DNA of 64,000 bases from Octopus sinensis (GCF_006345805.1 NC_043008.1:42594001-42658000), one strand, 5' to 3'; shown: positions 11,745 to 25,932, counted from the first letter of the stretch. The notes: generated by a model not told the origin, from the sequence alone. Numbers and translations are program-made.

Positions 11745-13498
11745 CTTTGTGTGTGTGTATTTATATATAGAGACGTGTACCTAATTGAAACATTGCTCTC
11801 AATAGTTGCATTGGACTCTGACATCAACTTCTCCAATCTGAGTGTGTAATAAGATTCGTGCACGGCTTCCGAGACTGCAGACATTGTTATAATTGCATAA
11901 GCTTAATTCTCTCCTTGTTCAACAAATTAGACCAAAACATTATTGACAACATTTGAGATCTGTGTTGTAGGTTGATTCTTGTGACTATCAAAATAGAACC
12001 GTTGGCCTTGTCACTATGAATCCTCTGAAAAAGTACAACTTTAGCTTCAGTCACACTCTATTGTTTTGATATTTACACTACTTTGAAAATGTATTGCACA
12101 GATATGCGAACAGCCTATACTCGCTCCTTTTGGTATTTCTCTTCGTCTGTCATACATACAAACGGCAGCAGGTCATTGATCTCCATGTGAAAGTCTGGGA
12201 ATTCATCATTTACTTTCAAGACGACACTTCCCTTTTCTTCTCCCTCTCTCCCTTTCTAAAAGTTAAATAAATAACAAAAATATATTTAAAAAAAAACGAT
12301 TATATTGCTTTTCCCTCCATCATATTTGGATTTATTTAACCTCAAGATCTTTACTGAAGGACATAACGTTATTCCATCAGAAATGGTCCCTGCTATTTGT
12401 GCCAGGAATAGTAGATAAAGGGCAAAGCACATGCACCCGACACACACACGCACACTCACACAGACACAGACACGCTCACATACACATGCACACACACTCA
12501 CACGGATACTCACACGGACACACACACACTCACGCACACGCACACATACTCACACACACACGCACGCATACACACACATATATATATATATATATATAAA
12601 CACACACACACTATCACTCACACACGAGCGCACACATACCCACACGCACCACACACACACACGCACGCACATATATATTGTTTATTATGAGAATTTAGTT
12701 TTGGACACAGTCTTAATACATTGGTTGTCTTCTTATTAAATTTTCTGCTTAAAACTTAGACTCTGCATCGAACATTTAATTACATACAAGTATTAGAATT
12801 CATTCATTTCTCCACCTTTATCCGTATAAAATGTGTCTTCAAAATATTTTCTCTCATTTGAGGTTCCTTTTTAGGTGTTTATTATTATTCTGCTAAGCCA
12901 CAGCCCATTTTCTAACATATTTGACAGAGACAATCCCTTTTAAAAATTCTAGGCCATCCCCCTTTAGATATTTCCTTATCCGTATGTTATGGTAGTGATA
13001 TTAGCCTCGATCTCTCAATTCGATAAGAAGTTTAATGCTCATTAATTTTTTAGCCATTCACTGTGTGACTATTCTCTAAACTGTCGTTGTTAAATTAAAG
13101 CTTCTAATTATCTGTACAGCTGAATATTGTGGCATTTTAATTACCCACAAACATATGGTATGCTTGCGATTATTGCTGATTTCTGTAATTTTTCAATTTT
13201 CACTTCATTTATTTCAAGGATATAAATCTTCGCAGCGGCAATTGCTTTATTAGCGTCAGTTTTAGCTTATTATGTGGGAGAAATATCTCTTGTATCACGC
13301 GGGTATATTTATACATTTGTGAATCTTGACAGAGGAACCATATATAAAAGCAACTCTCTTATCATCGGGATATAATTTGCAGGTTTCTAAGAATCTGTGA
13401 CTTAAGTACTTTAATTGTTCTTGCAATACAGAGGAAAATTGTAACGTAATATGGAGCAGATTGCATTATATCTCCTGTGGACATTTTGAAGGTATTCT

Positions 13499-13825
13499 TT
13501 AAAAGACTCCGCCGGTTACGACGACGAGGGTCCCAGCTGATACGATCAACGGAACAGCTTGCTCGTGAAATTAACGTGCAAATGGCTGAGCATTCCACAG
13601 ACACGTGTACCCTTAACGTAGTTCTCGGGGATAATCAGCGTGACACAGAGAGTGACAAGGCTGACCCTTTGAAATACAAGTACAACTCATTTTTGCCAGC
13701 TGAGTGGACTGGAGCAACGTGAAATAAAGTGTCTTGCTCAAGGACACAACGCGTCGCCGGGAATCGAACTCACAACCTTACGATCATGAGCCGAATGCCC
13801 TAACCACTAAGCCACGCGCCCTCAC
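13499..13825 (-). mobile_element. Full-length tRNA-derived SINE: head, gtgtccttgagcaagacactt-type centre, tail P
   Basis: Box A tggcttagtggtt and box B gagttcgattcc on the minus strand; 12-bp TSD tgaaggtattct at 13487-13498 and 13826-13837. Confidence 0.9.
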
Positions 13826-14392
13826 TGAAGGTATTCTACTGCTGTATCAAAGAAAGACACCGAATTTCTCTGTTTATTTTAGTAAATTTATTCTTAGCAG
13901 CGAGATTTGCGTGTTGTTGACATCATAACAAATCGGAAGGGCGTGCAAGGTTGTCTTTGGAATATCTCTAATTACACGCATCAAACTAATAATTAATGTA
14001 AATGTTGGGTTGAAAATCCCAATAAAAAAAAGGTAAATCATGTCCATGGGACACGAAACTGCACCTCCGGTAGAAAACATATATTTTCTCTTTGGTAAGA
14101 ATAAATGTATTATAAGGATACAGAAATTCGAAGTTTTGGTTTGGTACTAGAGAAATGCGTTTGAGTTCCATAAGCACATTGTGACATTTATCTAAACAAA
14201 GCGGGGTTTTGCAGCCAAATATTTATACATTTATGTGTGTCCTTTGAGATATTCCAGAAAATAATTCGATCACGTTCTCACCAACGCTTCTAAAGTTTTT
14301 TATGACGGGAGGTGTATAGATAGAATAAACAGACAGGGGAGAGGTGAAAGTATATGTAATATATATTATATATATAGATATATATTTATACC

Positions 14393-14423
<31 letters not shown>

Positions 14424-14430
14424 TATATAT

Positions 14431-14661
14431 TTCTTTATTGCCCACTGACAACGAAACATAGAGGTGACAAACAAGGACAAACAAAGGGATTAAGTCGATT
14501 ACATCAGCCCCAGTGCTTAACTGGTATTTATCTAATCCACCCCGAAAGGTTGAAAGGTAAAGTCGATCTCGGCGGAATTTGAACTCAGAACGTAACGGCA
14601 GACGAAATACCGCTAAGAATTTCGCCCGTCGTGCTAACGATTATGCCAGCTCGCTACCCTT
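14431..14661 (-). mobile_element. SINE family A, well preserved
   Basis: ccccgaaaggttgaaaggtaaagtcgatctcggcggaatttgaactcagaacg...ccgctaagaatttcgcccg...gccagctcgc. Confidence 0.85.
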
Positions 14662-14668
14662 TTACAAA

Positions 14669-14744
<76 letters not shown>

Positions 14745-14830
14745 ATGTGTTTGTGTGTGTATGTGTGTTTGTGTGTGTGTGTGTGTTTATTTCTGTGTGT
14801 GGGAGAGTGAGAGAGTGCGTGTGTCTTTGA

Positions 14831-14978
14831 GTCTGTGTTTGTCTGCAACCAGCATTTGACATCTGGTGTCGGTGTGGTTATGTCCCCTTAAAATTGCGGA
14901 TAGCGATTCAGCAAATGTTACTACGGTGCCCCAGCATCATCGCAGACTAATCACTAAAACTAGTAAAAGATAAAAAGA
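14831..14978 (+). mobile_element. SINE family C, 3' half
   Basis: gtctgtgtttgtc...ggtgccccagcatc...agtaaaagataaaaga, following a (TG)n tract. Confidence 0.6.
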
Positions 14979-15571
14979 TTTCAGACTTATGCATTGGTAT
15001 ACATGCATTCATATATATATACATTCATGCTTAGATACTTACAAAAACATTTCTTTACAAAACATCCAATATTTTTCTATGATAAAAATATGCAAATACA
15101 AATATTATATTAGCAAACTGGAAGTGCCAAATTTGACGTCGGCGAATATTTCGGCTGACAATGAACGCCGTAATAGTAGTATACAACAACATGGCAAGTA
15201 GCTTCAAATGGAATAAAGAGCCGTCGTGTCGTTCGTTTATTTAATAATACTCTAAACAATGATTGTCCTTAAACAAAACTAGATCCGTTAATAAACTATT
15301 CCTTTATCCTGCGATTACCTGAAGTTCTGAATGAGTGAGGAAGTCAGGTGAGTGCTGTAAATCAAATATTTTTCGTTGAAAACGTGAATAAAATAGGAAA
15401 TAGCTTCGAGATTGTTGAAAAGAACGTCTCAACGTACGCACATGCACACATTAACCTGTGCAAACCAACGAACAAAGTTTTAAGATATATTAATGTGTAT
15501 GTATACTCATACACTGTTGGTACACATAGGTTCAGATGTCACAAATAGAAACAGCGACACACGCACACACA

Positions 15572-15620
<49 letters not shown>

Positions 15621-15791
15621 CCTGATATGCGTGTAAAACAATATAATGTGCACATGCATTATCCATATATATATATATATATACACCATACACACATACA
15701 CATACATACATTCAGACACATATATATATGTTTTCAGCTATATTTAAGCCATATGAATATGCATAAATTTGTATAAATTGTATATTTGTAG

Positions 15792-15838
<47 letters not shown>

Positions 15839-16387
15839 GTATATATGTATGTATGTATGTATGTATATATACGTATATTAAGTGCCAAAATTGTTAGTTG
15901 GAAATATTATTACCTAGAAAATATGTTTAAGCGAAAAGCAAAAGTCAAATCAATACATTTAATAGAATGATGTTTATGAAATGCTTCAGTTCCAGCTGTT
16001 TTACATTCCAATAGTTTATAGGCGGTTATTTACCGCTGTATGCCCGAAGTCAATTTTCAAACGGAAGTGGATAATAAAAATTCTATATTCCTATGTGTGT
16101 CGGGTGTTTTAGGAATCGAATTGTAAATCATGAACTGACTTTTCAACCTGCCTAAATATAAAGATCCTACGGCGTTCTCTCAATATATATGAGAATAATA
16201 AATAAAAAAAACATTAAAAAAGTTTGACATTTATAATTGACTTCTCTTCCGCCATTGAATATCGTCTTTTCGTTGTTGTTTGCAGTGCACGAAGAGACTT
16301 TTGTAAATCCAGACGTGTGTGTGTGTTTGTGGTCATATTCATATATATCTTCATACATATATGTTTCTGTATGTATATATATATATA

Positions 16388-16463
16388 CTTTGATACTTTG
16401 ATACTTTGATAGGTTTCGGCCATTATTGGCCCAGGCCATGTCTAACTTAATAGCACCACCTGG
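16388..16463 (-). repeat. (TA)n-flanked short element with a decayed hammerhead-like core
   Basis: Minus strand CUG|GGCC-AAUAAU-GGCC|GAAAC; the AUGA of the core is missing. Confidence 0.35.
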
Positions 16464-16606
16464 TATATATATATATATATTATATATATATATATATTCC
16501 CTTACATGTATAGTTTCTCTATAGTAATTTCTATACGTGTGTGTATGTGCGTGTGAGTTGACGTGTATATGTATATATAAAGAGAAGTGTCGTACAAATT
16601 CTGTAT

Positions 16607-16637
<31 letters not shown>

Positions 16638-16650
16638 CACACACACACAC

Positions 16651-16733
<83 letters not shown>

Positions 16734-16942
16734 CATATATATATATATAAGCAAAAAATGCAGTCGGGATTTGGATCCATACTTATTTCGGAAAGCATTC
16801 TGTCCCTTTAGGGATTCATCATGAAATGTGAAGTGTTGAGTATTTATCTATTTTTTCTTCATGTGAATTAGTTGGATACATTGAAGAGTTCAGTTTGCTT
16901 TCTTGGGCTTTAGACAATCTTGTTTTCTGACTACCTTCTTCA

Positions 16943-16984
<42 letters not shown>

Positions 16985-17149
16985 TACAGGAAAGCCAACA
17001 TAAATACGATAAAGGAAAAAAGTAAGGCTAGTAATTTTTCTTCGCACTGCCTCTCGAGTGGAAGACACCACAAGAATGATATTTGCAGCTCCATCCCCGA
17101 CATAAATGAATAAATGTTTCATTTGAAATGCTGCTTAGGAAACTCCTTA

Positions 17150-17400
17150 GGAAAAACATAAGAAGGGCGAAAATTCCTAAAGGATGATATTCCAGTGATG
17201 AAGGATTGCTTTCGTGGTTAATCCAGATAAATGAGTGAGGTTGAGACCCACAAAAAGTACGGAGAAGTGTCCATGCGAATGAATAAACGAGTGGCTGAGG
17301 AGTGACAGTTATGGAGGCGATAGGAAAGACAGAGATATGCGACTCCAAGCCTGTGGAATAGAGGCTGGAGTGATGGAGTATCAACCGAGTATCCTTTCCA
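17150..17400 (-). mobile_element. Probable CR1/Jockey-group LINE 3' fragment (decayed)
   Basis: PSLQPLFHRLGVAYLCLSYRLHNCHSS resembles the LQPLSHRRNVASLSLFYRYY.G.CS post-RT motif (from memory). Confidence 0.4.
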
Positions 17401-17471
17401 GGTGAAATAATTGTTTCTTATTTTTGCGGCAATGTTAACATTTTGGTGGGCATTAGTCGGTTTCAGCGGCA

Positions 17472-17830
17472 TCGGTATTTGATTGCGTGTTATTTTATCG
17501 ACCCCGGACGGGAAAAAGGCAGAGACAGTATTGGCAGTATTTGAACTCGCTAAGCAATTTTTCTGACGTGCTAGCGAGTCTGCTAGGCCGCGGTAATTTT
17601 TACAGGTGAAATAATTTTTTCTTCGATAAGAACAAGAACTAAAAGTTTTGTAGAGAATGTTAGTCCCTTACATTTACAACAGTTATTAGCCAGTACCCAT
17701 GTCTTCGACCCCGAACGGTCGAAAAAGCAAATTCGATTTCGGCAATATTTGATCTCAGAACATTAAAACAGAAGAATTTTTCATTAAGCATTTTACTCGG
17801 CGTGCTAAAGACTCAGCCAACTGGTTGTCT
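17472..17830 (-). mobile_element. Two adjacent diverged SINE family A copies (17472-17592 and about 17688-17830)
   Basis: ttttatcgacccc...atttgaactc...gctaagc and cgaccccgaacgg...atttgatctcagaac...ggcgtgctaa. Confidence 0.65.
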
Positions 17831-18834
17831 TTTTAATGGTGAAATAACAAGATAAAATAAGGTGAAAATAAAATTGATGACAAATAAAGAAAAAAGAGAA
17901 TTTAGTCGAAAAATATAACAAATAGACAATTTTCAACACGGGACTAAATATTCGCAATAAAGGACAGCATGTTAATTGGAAAAAATATATTATTACCAGC
18001 CCGAAGGTAAAAATGTGATTCTAGACACCAAATACTGTAAATAGTTTACATAAAAAGATATATAAAGATTGAGGAAAATGTAAAAGTTTGCGGTTGAGTT
18101 CTTTCATTGAGACTTAGCGATTAGATACACTGTAGCATTTGGTGAGAAAAATAAATAAAACTGAGGCGAATTTAGTGAGTTAAGTTATTTAAAGTCACAC
18201 CATTTCACGTCTGCATATCCAGAAGTTACTCTAAATTCTTCTTCGTTGCCAATTCTTTGATTTATTTGTTTTCTATATGTTTCTATTATATTATTATTAT
18301 ATTTTATTGGTTTGTTATTTGTAAGTTTCTTCTTCATATATCTACAGAAGAAGAATATTGCATTTCTGCAGACAGTTGCACGTAGACGAAGATTAGCTTT
18401 ATTGAATATGGTTTACTGCGGATAATAGCTTCAGTAGGCTCCATCTCTGGCAACTTGTATTGCTTACAACCACTTGAATACTTGAAGAATTACACAGGCG
18501 TACTACTACACATGCACATAAATACCCACACATAACTATCAATCTATCAAAATCTCACCCCTTCGTCTGTGTATCTATAAACACACATACACACACACAC
18601 ATTACTGTATCTTTTTATCTATATGTCTATCTCTTTATCACTCTATCTTTATCTATTTGTGTGTGTGTGTGATAAGTTTGTTTTCCAACTAAATAGCCCC
18701 TTTTTTGAGTCCCACTGTGCTGTACATCAGGCAAGTTAACCCCACCACCACCACATAATTTTCTCATTCAATGTTCATAAACTATCATAAACAAGAACAT
18801 TCTTAGCATTATTAAGTATACATTTCTAAGAAAA

Positions 18835-19295
18835 CCGTAAATACAGGAAGAGTTCTGACAGACGCTCGATCAAAATTTCGTACAGCTGATGCCCCAATAT
18901 GAAGATCACATCAAGAGCCGACTCCCAGTTGTAACTGTTGAGACCCTGAAGCTTGCCCACTTTCTCGGGTGTGTTTGATGAAGCCGCAATTGTGTATAAA
19001 GTTACTGCAACGCTCCGCTTCAAAATAACATAACTGAGAATCAAAATTACATTGGTGTATGCGAAGGCAGTTTTAAAAACCGTTTTGCAAAGAACCAGTC
19101 TTCTTTCTCACACATTGATAAAAACAAGGCTACTAAGTTTACTAGCGATGAATGGGATCTGAAGACTTAGTGCACACCAAATTCACTCAAATGAAGAACC
19201 GGGGAGAAATCTACGCCATTTATAAATTTATCAAGTAGATGCAAGTTATGCATAGCTGAACAATCGCCCATTCTTTTTAGGTTTATGAAATTTCT
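18835..19295 (+). mobile_element. Penelope-like element GIY-YIG endonuclease remnant
   Basis: IKISYS*CPNMK, then CNC*DPEACPLSRVCL, AIVYKV, ENQNYIGVCEGSFKNRF..NQSSFSH..KNKATKF...WDLK, SRCKLCIAEQ; several frameshifts and stops. Confidence 0.8.
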
Positions 19296-19299
19296 TGAG

Positions 19300-19460
19300 A
19301 ATGGGGCGGCTATTGATTGCATCCACACCAGTACTCAACTGGTACGTATTTTATCGATTCCTAATTAACACAAAGCAAAGTCAACATCACCGAGATTTGA
19401 ACTGAGAACGCAAAACCGGAAGAAATGCAGTTAAGCATTTTATGTACGATGAACTAACTA
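19300..19460 (-). mobile_element. SINE family A (diverged)
   Basis: ccagtactcaactggtacgtattttatcga...gatttgaactgagaacg. Confidence 0.65.
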
Positions 19461-20346
19461 TTCTGCTTGCTGATTGCTTAGTAGCATAGTACAGTGTTAT
19501 TAAAAGTGATGACCATCACCTGATTGTCTTTGATTCATAGATTGAATTGTTTACAGCAGGCGAGGGGTAAACAAAAGAAAAAAATAACTACAATAGCTGG
19601 TGTGAAAATAAATTCATGTAAAATTTTGAATAGCTTCAACGAATTAGAAAAGCTTCAGCTAGAAATTGGATACGGATCATCAATATTCGTGCATCTTCAC
19701 TTTCCTTCTTACTCTTACGTTCGCGACACCATTCCAGATATTTCACAGAGTTTCGTCGAATCATTTTAAACTTTAGTGCTACCACATTCAGGTCAACTCT
19801 AATGTTGCACCGGGTTCTCTGAATGTAGTGAGAATATCGATCCCAGTGGAAGAGCTTTCGTGTCAAAAAATGCCAGTAACTCGTTTATGGAAGACAGTTT
19901 GAGACAAAATAGAATTAAGTATGGAGAAGCATTAAAAAAGAAAGACATATAATCTCTCAACTCGAAGAAAAATTCCGCAACGTTTTATTTGCTTGAACTC
20001 TGGTAGTCTTATTAACATTTAAATAAATAGCTTGTTTACTCTAATCTCACTTAATCACTTCATCTTGCTAAACTATTTCGATATTTTTTCATTTGCCATT
20101 TGCAGACGATGCAGCCGGAAACGATTACAACGTTTTGCGAACATTCTGGAATAGTTCAAATTTATCTTCGTAAATTTGTGTTGAATGTGGATTGAAAAAA
20201 AAATCCCCGTCTGAGGAAATTCCTGATCTACTTAAAGCCACAACCAAGTTTTGCGTTTCGGTTAAAGCAAAATCATTCATATTAAAATGCTTATGCACAG
20301 GACATGATAATGTAAGAATGTTGTGTTATTTTATGAAGGTAGTTAG

Positions 20347-20508
20347 GTGCAGGCGTGGCTATGTGGTAAGTGGTTTGCTTCCGATGGTTCAGGTTTCGAT
20401 CTCACTGTGAGGTACTTTGCGCAAGTGCTGCGTACTTTAGCTTCCGGCCGAGCAAGGTTTTGTGAGTGGATTTGGTAGACGAAAAGTGAACGGAATCTTT
20501 CGTATACA
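20347..20508 (+). mobile_element. SINE family C, 5' half
   Basis: ggcgtggctatgtggtaag...gtttcgatctc...tgtgagtggatttggtagacg. Confidence 0.7.
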
Positions 20509-20572
20509 TACATTACACACACACAAGCACGCACGCACACACATACGCACACAACCACACACACTCACAAAT

Positions 20573-20615
<43 letters not shown>

Positions 20616-20681
20616 AAGTAATGTTTGGTGCCACTTTAATATGACTGTTCCGTATGAAACCACGTTAGTACATTTTTTTAA

Positions 20682-20993
20682 CCCCAGCTGGTCAACGACA
20701 CAATCTGTGTCCGATATATTGTGAGCAGGGGAGCGAACCCCTACCATCTACCGGCTTGACATGACCAGCAGCCCAGCTTGGTTTCAGGGTATTTGCCCTT
20801 CCTCAATACCGGAAACCTGTTCGCTAGAAATGGCAGACGTTGGTCCTAGCTCGCAATGTATATAGAAAAATAAGCGACACACTGCCGCTGATCTTGCAAC
20901 AAAGTAGCTATTTGTAAAACCTCTATGAGAGATGTAAGTAATAGCGGACACAGGTTGTGTCGTTAACCAGCCAGAGAAGATATTCTCCTGGGG
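20682..20993. mobile_element. piggyBac-like MITE
   Basis: TTAA|CCCCAG left end and CTGGGG|TTTAA right end; 27-bp subterminal inverted repeat 20687-20713 / 20945-20971 (25/27 match). Confidence 0.6.
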
Positions 20994-22016
20994 TTTAAAA
21001 CAATATTGGTAGTTGTTCCGTTTGGAACAACCATTTTGAAGTAGCAATAAATATTACTTTTCGGTATTTTTACTATTTACATATTTTATAGAGATCTTAG
21101 AACTAGCTTTTTTGCTTGTTGTATATATATAATTTTTCAAGATGTTCTAAAATAGAATTAGTCCAACTTCTCTCAACATATAATAACATTTTCATGATAT
21201 CAACAACATCGAACATGGGTGGTGTGTCACAACAACGTCCCTACGACCTCATCTAGGTTCTGAGAGTCTAAATCAGAACAAGTATATTTTTTAAAGGGGA
21301 CACGGGATCTCTTTCTTGTTACTCTGTACCTACTCTCTCATTGGCAATGTTGTCACAGGGAACGAAATTCGATTTGTCCCCCTGTGGTTTACAAATCGTA
21401 CGTTCTGAGTATTCATACAATGGATCTTTCTGACTTGTAGATCGGAATGAAATCGCTGGTCTTCGGAGACACAGTCCCATTACTGTATTGTTTTCACGTA
21501 GTTCCTATATATATTTTTTTCCATTATTTAAACGAATCTTATACAATACTACTTTGCATTTACATTTCCAAATCAAATCAATAGATTTCCTATTACTCTA
21601 TAAATCTGCAAACGTTCACCTCTGTAATAAGCTGATTACAGTTACACGAACAAAAGCGCTTTTACTCCATTAGAACGTAACGGAGACAATGTGTGTGAAA
21701 TATGTAGACTTAGCGTCTTACTCAGCCAAACAATGTCCATAATAGGTGCTAATAAAGTTTATCTGCTGTCGCCTTGCCATGAAATCTACCACTCTATTAG
21801 TAAACATTATTATAGTCAGATGCTGTATGGTTTGGTATTCCCCTGAATCATGTTGCAGTAACCAATAGATTTACGCCAAGGCAGACGCAATAAAATTCAG
21901 CAGTAATTTCGTTTCAATTCTTTTCCTTTCACTTCATTATTTCCATGCTTTATTGTCCCTCCATTCAAATGAAAGCCTTATTATCTGCGGTCTGTATAAC
22001 ACCACACTCACACACA

Positions 22017-22074
<58 letters not shown>

Positions 22075-22126
22075 TATGAGCGTATATATCCATATATATA
22101 TAGGTATATGTATGTATACATATATG

Positions 22127-22165
<39 letters not shown>

Positions 22166-22382
22166 GCATGTATATATGCGTATAACATATATATATATAC
22201 ATGTATATCTACACATGTAAATATGGCAGAGGTCAGGGTGTGTATATGAATTTGCATACACACACACACACATATATATATACATACGCACACTATATAC
22301 ATGCATACATACAAACACACATACAGAGACACAAATACACTCACCTACATGTTTTTATATAAAAAATTACATGTATATATAT

Positions 22383-22457
<75 letters not shown>

Positions 22458-23189
22458 GATAGATAGATATATTTAATATACATATATATGTATATATATA
22501 TATAAATATATACATTCATACATTATCTTTACATTTGTTGTTCTTATACAGCAATCTGTAAAAATGAGAAGTCTGTCACGTATGGTACGTAATATGGTTT
22601 AAATCAATGTTTTCTTCTCACACATATTTACTCACAAAAAGGAATTTAATAACAGAAGAAAAAATTCCAAACATTTCCAACAACAGACGTGTTTTGGGAA
22701 ATTTTAACTACAAAGATTAATTTTTCAATCATTTTCTCTCAGTGTTTTCTTTTTCATTCTTTGTCTGTTTAATATCGGTGCTACAGTTGCAACTTTTCGT
22801 GGTTAAATCGCATTAGTTAGTTGTCATTAGTATTAAAAAAAGTTTCACTTACAAACAACAAAATACGTTCTCAATAAATTTCCTAGTTGCCTAATGTAAT
22901 AATTTTGTGCCTGATAGTATCAGAGAACGGCATGATTGACACATTAAGACGTCTGCGATGATTGCTTACGCAAACTATTGTGGAATTAACTTTGCATTTC
23001 GTAACTTCGAATCATGCAATGATATTTGTATGTGCATGTGTATATACATACACATCGCTCACGTGCTACAAAAACTCAGACTCCGAAGTGCTGACACTAC
23101 ACAAATAGACAGAGCCACACAAAAACGCACACAGCCCCCCCCCCACATATATATATATTTATAAGTTGCCATGGTTGCTACATCCACAA

Positions 23190-23342
23190 GTTTTTGTTTT
23201 TATTCTCTCTTTGTGTATTTCCTCGTGTTCCTTTCTGCTGAAGAACGTAGGTTCGAAACGTAAAAGACTGTTTCATTTTCCCGAGCGTTAAACTAATACA
23301 GCTGCTTGTTGTTTATACACCTGTCTTCGTCTTTTGCTTTTC

Positions 23343-23345
<3 letters not shown>
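23190..23345 (+). ncRNA. (TA)n-anchored repeat family H1 with minimal hammerhead-like motif (core 23231-23266)
   Basis: CUUU|CUGCUGA|A|GAAC-GUAG-GUUC|GAAAC|GUA|AAAG; position 6 is C instead of A. Confidence 0.55.
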
Positions 23346-23387
<42 letters not shown>

Positions 23388-23455
23388 TTCGATATGTGTG
23401 TGTATCAATACTCATATGCATTCTCACATGCATGTACGAATGTATGTATATTTAT

Positions 23456-23742
23456 GTGAAAGCGTCTAGCTCAGTACTTAGCGTATTCGTAGGATCACGA
23501 GTTCGAGTAATGTTGGCGCGTTGCGTACTTCAACAAGACACTTTATCACCCATTGGTCTAGCCCACCCAGCTGCCAAATATTAGTTGTAACTGTAATTCA
23601 AAGGGCCAGCTTCGTCACACTCTGTGTCACGCTGAGTCTCCCTAAGAACTATAGTAAAAGGTATGCGTATATGTGGAGTGTTAGGAATTTTCGCGTAATT
23701 TCACCAGCAGATTGTTCCACTGGTCGACGCAACTGGAGCACT
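23456..23742 (+). mobile_element. Diverged SINE of the 13.5 kb type (tail P)
   Basis: caagacactttatc...caaagggccagcttcgtcacactctgtgtcacgctgag...aatttcaccagcagattgttcc. Confidence 0.75.
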
Positions 23743-23788
23743 CCATGTCACAATAAACGGAGAGCCAGGGCATGCATACATACATACA

Positions 23789-23860
<72 letters not shown>

Positions 23861-23873
23861 TACACACACGCAC

Positions 23874-23904
<31 letters not shown>

Positions 23905-23934
23905 ATGTATACACACACACATATAGTTGTAATT

Positions 23935-24075
23935 TATAGAAAAACAAAAGAGGAAGACAGGTGTATGAACAACAAGCAAGTGCATTAGTTTGACGCTCTA
24001 GAAAAATGAAAGAGTCCTTTACGTTTCGAGCCTATGCTCTTCAGCAGAAAGGAATAAGAGGAAATGAACAGGGAG
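23935..24075 (-). ncRNA. Family H1 copy with hammerhead-like motif (core about 24015-24052)
   Basis: Minus strand CCUUU|CUGCUGA|A|GAGC-AUAG-GCUC|GAAAC|GUA|AAGG. Confidence 0.55.
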
Positions 24076-24117
24076 TGAATGACAAAAACGTGCAGAGTCC
24101 ATGTGTACGTGTATATG

Positions 24118-24156
<39 letters not shown>

Positions 24157-24647
24157 AAGTGTGTGTAAGTGTGTGTAAGTGTGTGTGTGTATATATACAC
24201 ACCCACACACATGTGTGCGTGTACATTTCTAAGTAGGAATATATCTATATACGTGCGAACTCATGCACATCATGCCTTCCATGGTCCTTTACACTACCTT
24301 GATGGACTTGCAGGAGAATACTGTGTTCAGTATTTTTAGAATTGGTGGAGACCGTTCCTCTCTAGGCATGATCAGGGGGGAGAATGCGGCAGAAGGGAAA
24401 TAGAGGTAAAGAACGAGTGGGATCGAAATCAGGCCCTTAAATGATGAAAGCTACCACTGACGTAGGCAGGTTTTGAACCTAACTTACAGTGGTAAACAAC
24501 GGAAATAATTAATGCAAAGAAACTTATATGACTTGCTACCGACTCTAGCAAATGTTGCCTATATACACAGTGTGTTAGAATATATATATGTATATATATA
24601 TATATCAATCGAACAATCACTCCCTCTCTCTCTCTCTCTCTCTCTCT

Positions 24648-24690
<43 letters not shown>

Positions 24691-24802
24691 ATAATATATA
24701 TAGGTATTATTATCAGCATTGTTTTATCCTAAATTGCACATGTAGATGCTATTTCATGGAGATCTTATAGCGACACACACAAGCACTCACACACACACAC
24801 AT

Positions 24803-24867
<65 letters not shown>

Positions 24868-25139
24868 AAAAATTCTTGAATACGAAAATCCACTCATAGA
24901 AAATGTATCTTGTATGATAAAATCTTTCTATCGAATGTGCTGTAATCTGCTTTGTAAAAGGAATTAAGTCAAGCCCGGTTATATCGCAAGTTTTGACGCA
25001 GTCGACGTCATTTGAATGATATATGAGAAAAGTTTGTATATACATATGTTCATATGTATATATACCTATGTTTATATTTGTGACTGTATGAGCATAAATG
25101 CTTACGTACGCTAATAATAAATAGTGAGAATCAGTGTAG

Positions 25140-25520
25140 AAAAACCGCACTGGTCGTTAAGTATAGTCACCTTGTTAGCCTCAGCTATGAAGCACCAATG
25201 TTTATGGGGTTTGTTCACAAGCCCTTCTTTAAGAGCCCATACTATATAGGATAAATTTATTATATGGGGTTTCTTTCTTTTCCCTGAAGGAAGCCAAGTG
25301 CTACGGATGTCTCTGAAGTGTTTCCTATCATTCCAATATAAGATTTCGTTGTTCGGTTCAACTCTGTAATGCATGCCTCATACACCAATTCTGTTTCCAG
25401 GCACACATTGCTCAGTGAACAGTTATCGGTGTATCTACAATTACAAGATCGTTGAGGATTTTTTCTTAATTTTTTCATTCTTATTGTAACTGAGATATGA
25501 TGTTGTGATGAAGACATTCT
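25140..25520 (-). mobile_element. Second Penelope-like GIY-YIG endonuclease remnant
   Basis: RSCNCRYTDNCSLSNVCLETELVYEACIT...TKSYIGM, then frameshifted ...LSYIVWALKE...FIAEANKVTILN. Confidence 0.8.
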
Positions 25521-25722
25521 TCTGAGTTACCTCCTCTTGTCTGTGTTTTTATTATGAAATCCTGCTTATCTCTCATACTCTCACGTATTCTCATCTAAAA
25601 CTGAGACGAGTACCGATATACTTAATTGGATCGATTCAATAACTGTGGACATATTTTCCACATGAAACCAATGGCCGTCTTCTTAATCGGTAAATAAGGA
25701 ATAAATACATACGTACATATAC

Positions 25723-25819
<97 letters not shown>

Positions 25820-25825
25820 TATATA

Positions 25826-25932
<107 letters not shown>

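Noticed and set aside
19636-19866. 76-aa minus-strand ORF with a charged, protein-like composition
   Set aside because: No motif or splice context supports it; expected by chance at this length
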